Source: Savitreella phatthalungensis | Lineage: Eukaryota | Assembly: GCA_051599415.1 (NCBI GenBank) | Contig: AP039714.1 | Span: forward strand, 174,735-194,734 | Direction of reading: 5' to 3' | Length of the DNA stretch: 20,000 bases | In this document: in pieces, positions 18,413 through 20,000 of the stretch | How positions within the stretch are numbered: the first letter of the stretch is position 1 | Layout of the letters: each line of letters begins with the position of its first letter | Translations under genes and position numbers: made by a program | The notes under the pieces: model-generated | Databases searched by the model: none | What the model was told of the DNA's origin: nothing | What the model saw: the letters and a program-made list of their open reading frames with translations, nothing else

Positions 18413-19286
18413 TCATGATATTGGATGAGTCGAAAAGAAAGGCGTCGTTGTGAACTAAACTCGAAACGCCTACGATTTCACAACTTTTTTTTCGCCTCTT
18501 CGAAGACACCCTCCGTAGCTTGCTCGCTCTTCGATAGTAGCACTAGGGCTAGCTCTGCAAATAAGGCAGGCAAGTCCTGTATCTCGTGCCTTGAGCTCCG
18601 TCTCAGCAGCCTTTGCCAAATTCAATTACCTTCAAAAAGTCCAGACTATTTGCAGCGGAGCCAGACTTTAGCCATAAGTTTAAGGATGAAACTTTGCATG
18701 GCATCCTTGACTGTAACTCAACAGTCTGGGGCAAACAAAGCTGCGTCCCGAACTGCAAAACCAAACTACAGAACCAAACTGCAGTGCTCATCAAATTCGT
18801 AGCATGCCCACCAGCAGTAGCTGCAGTAGTGGCAGCATTTTGATGAGTGAAGGTCATGGGAGAGGTGGTAAGTGTGGTAGCAGTAGCAGTCATCACGACC
18901 AATAAAGCACAGACTAGATAGTAGAATGAGGCATACAAAAAGCACGGACAGGCACAGTCAGATTGCAGTTGATAGATTACAATGCATGACAGGGGAAAGT
19001 ACATGGAACAATGCATAAGACAGTCATGAGGAGCAAGTGAGAGTGAATTAGAGTGAGTTGTGGCATAAAGGGCACAGCGCAGTGCAAGCAATGGATTTGA
19101 CCAGCAACAGTGGAGGGAACATTGCATGCCATGTGACATTGCAGTCAATTGCTGTCAATTGATGTTGCACCACAGGCGCCAGTGCCAATTGCAGTCAAAG
19201 AAATGAGAATGCAGGCAACAGGGTAGGATCAGGGCCAAGCAGGTGGTGTTTATAACAAGCAGAGACAGAGACAGTGGCAGGGCCAG

Positions 19287-19403
19287 GTGACAAATGACAG
19301 TGACAAGTGACAGTGACAAGTGACAGTGACAAGTGACAGTGACAAGTGACAGTGACAAGTGACAGTGACAAGTGACAGTGGCAAGTGACAGTGGCAAGTG
19401 ACA
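19287..19403 (+). repeat. 13-bp minisatellite (GTGACAAGTGACA) x9
   Basis: Six perfect units, one GTGACAAATGACA variant at the left end and two GTGGCAAGTGACA variants at the right end. Confidence 0.95.
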
Positions 19404-19648
19404 GTTCATGAATGATATGGCGAGTAACAGTGCAGGCTGAATAGATAACAGTATTTGACAAATGGCAGTGCAATGATGAAACAGGGTACAGTGCAGGCAA
19501 CAAGTGTGTGACAGAGCACAGGAGACAACAGGGAACCAACAATTGGCAGATCCAAGGTTTGACAAATGCCAACCCCCAAAAGCCGGGCAATAAGACAAGT
19601 GACGGTGCAGGTAACAGCATTCAGAAGATGATGGTGCAGGTAATGGCA

Positions 19649-19732
19649 TTTGACAGATGTGTTGCAGGTGAAGGCGTTTGACAAATGTGTTGCAGGTAAA
19701 GATGTTTGACAGATGTGTTGCAGGTAAAGATG
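19649..19732 (+). repeat. 28-bp minisatellite (TTTGACAGATGTGTTGCAGGTAAAGATG) x3 with degenerate flanking copies
   Basis: Units start at 19649, 19677 and 19705. Decayed GCAGGTAA..CATT copies extend over about 19604-19770. Confidence 0.9.
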
Positions 19733-19792
19733 TATGATGGGTGGCAGGGCAGGTAAGAGCATTTGACAGGCGACATGCAGATAACGGCAGGG

Positions 19793-19906
19793 TTAGGGTT
19801 AGGGTTAGGGTTAGGGTTAGGGTTAGGGTTAGGGTTAGGGTTAGGGTTAGGGTTAGGGTTAGGGTTAGGGTTAGGGTTAGGGTTAGGGTTAGGGTTAGGG
19901 TTAGGG
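19793..19906 (+). repeat. Telomeric repeat array (TTAGGG)19, internal
   Basis: 114 bp of perfect TTAGGG, preceded by AGGG and followed by TAGG, then non-telomeric sequence to the window end. Confidence 0.97.
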
Positions 19907-20000
19907 TAGGTGCTGTTCTCGCAAAGGCAGAAAGTAGTCTTAACCTTAGCAATACGTAACTGAACGAATGCAGACCAAAAACAGGGTCATCCTGAGCTGA

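Larger units (their letters stand above)
18800..19788. other. Subtelomere-like, CpG-depleted, purine-skewed repetitive DNA
   Basis: About 10 CpG counted by hand in 18801-19790, against several per 60-nt line in the genic DNA. CA and TG are abundant, and two minisatellites lie inside. Confidence 0.75.

Noticed and set aside
19287..19732. CRISPR-like array
   Set aside because: Head-to-tail repeats without unique spacers, in a eukaryotic context with no cas genes.
19155..19959. ORFs with poly-LT, poly-RV and CHCHLSLSLVTVT repeats
   Set aside because: Translations of the telomeric and 13-bp repeats, not proteins.
19911..20000. Hammerhead ribozyme or poly(A) tail of a retroelement
   Set aside because: No CTGANGA...GAAA core on either strand and no A/T tail at the junction within the visible 90 bp.

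Overview
Eukaryotic, almost certainly fungal, DNA from a compact genome; no introns are needed to explain any of the 10 likely CDSs. This style fits a yeast-like ascomycete such as Taphrinomycotina, but that is inference only. Left to right: a partial disordered hypothetical protein (-, running off the left edge and missing from the ORF track), a Cld1-like cardiolipin deacylase, a secreted RNase T1/N1-family ribonuclease, a small membrane peptide with PY motifs, a CDK-site-rich protein with a hydrophobic tail, a Jen1-family carboxylate transporter, a Yfh7-like P-loop kinase, an RTA1 protein, a membrane GT2 glycosyltransferase, an Asr1/PHRF1-like RING-H2 protein apparently lacking its PHD finger, and a secreted Thr-rich adhesin-like protein. 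From about 18.6-18.8 kb the DNA becomes purine-rich and strongly CpG-depleted and carries 13-bp and 28-bp minisatellites. A perfect (TTAGGG)19 array follows, but it is not terminal: 90 bp of non-telomeric sequence come after it. The most interesting signals are this internal telomere junction, the CpG-erased subtelomere, the PHD-less Asr1-like ligase and a variant Jen1 signature motif. All calls were made by eye without database searches.
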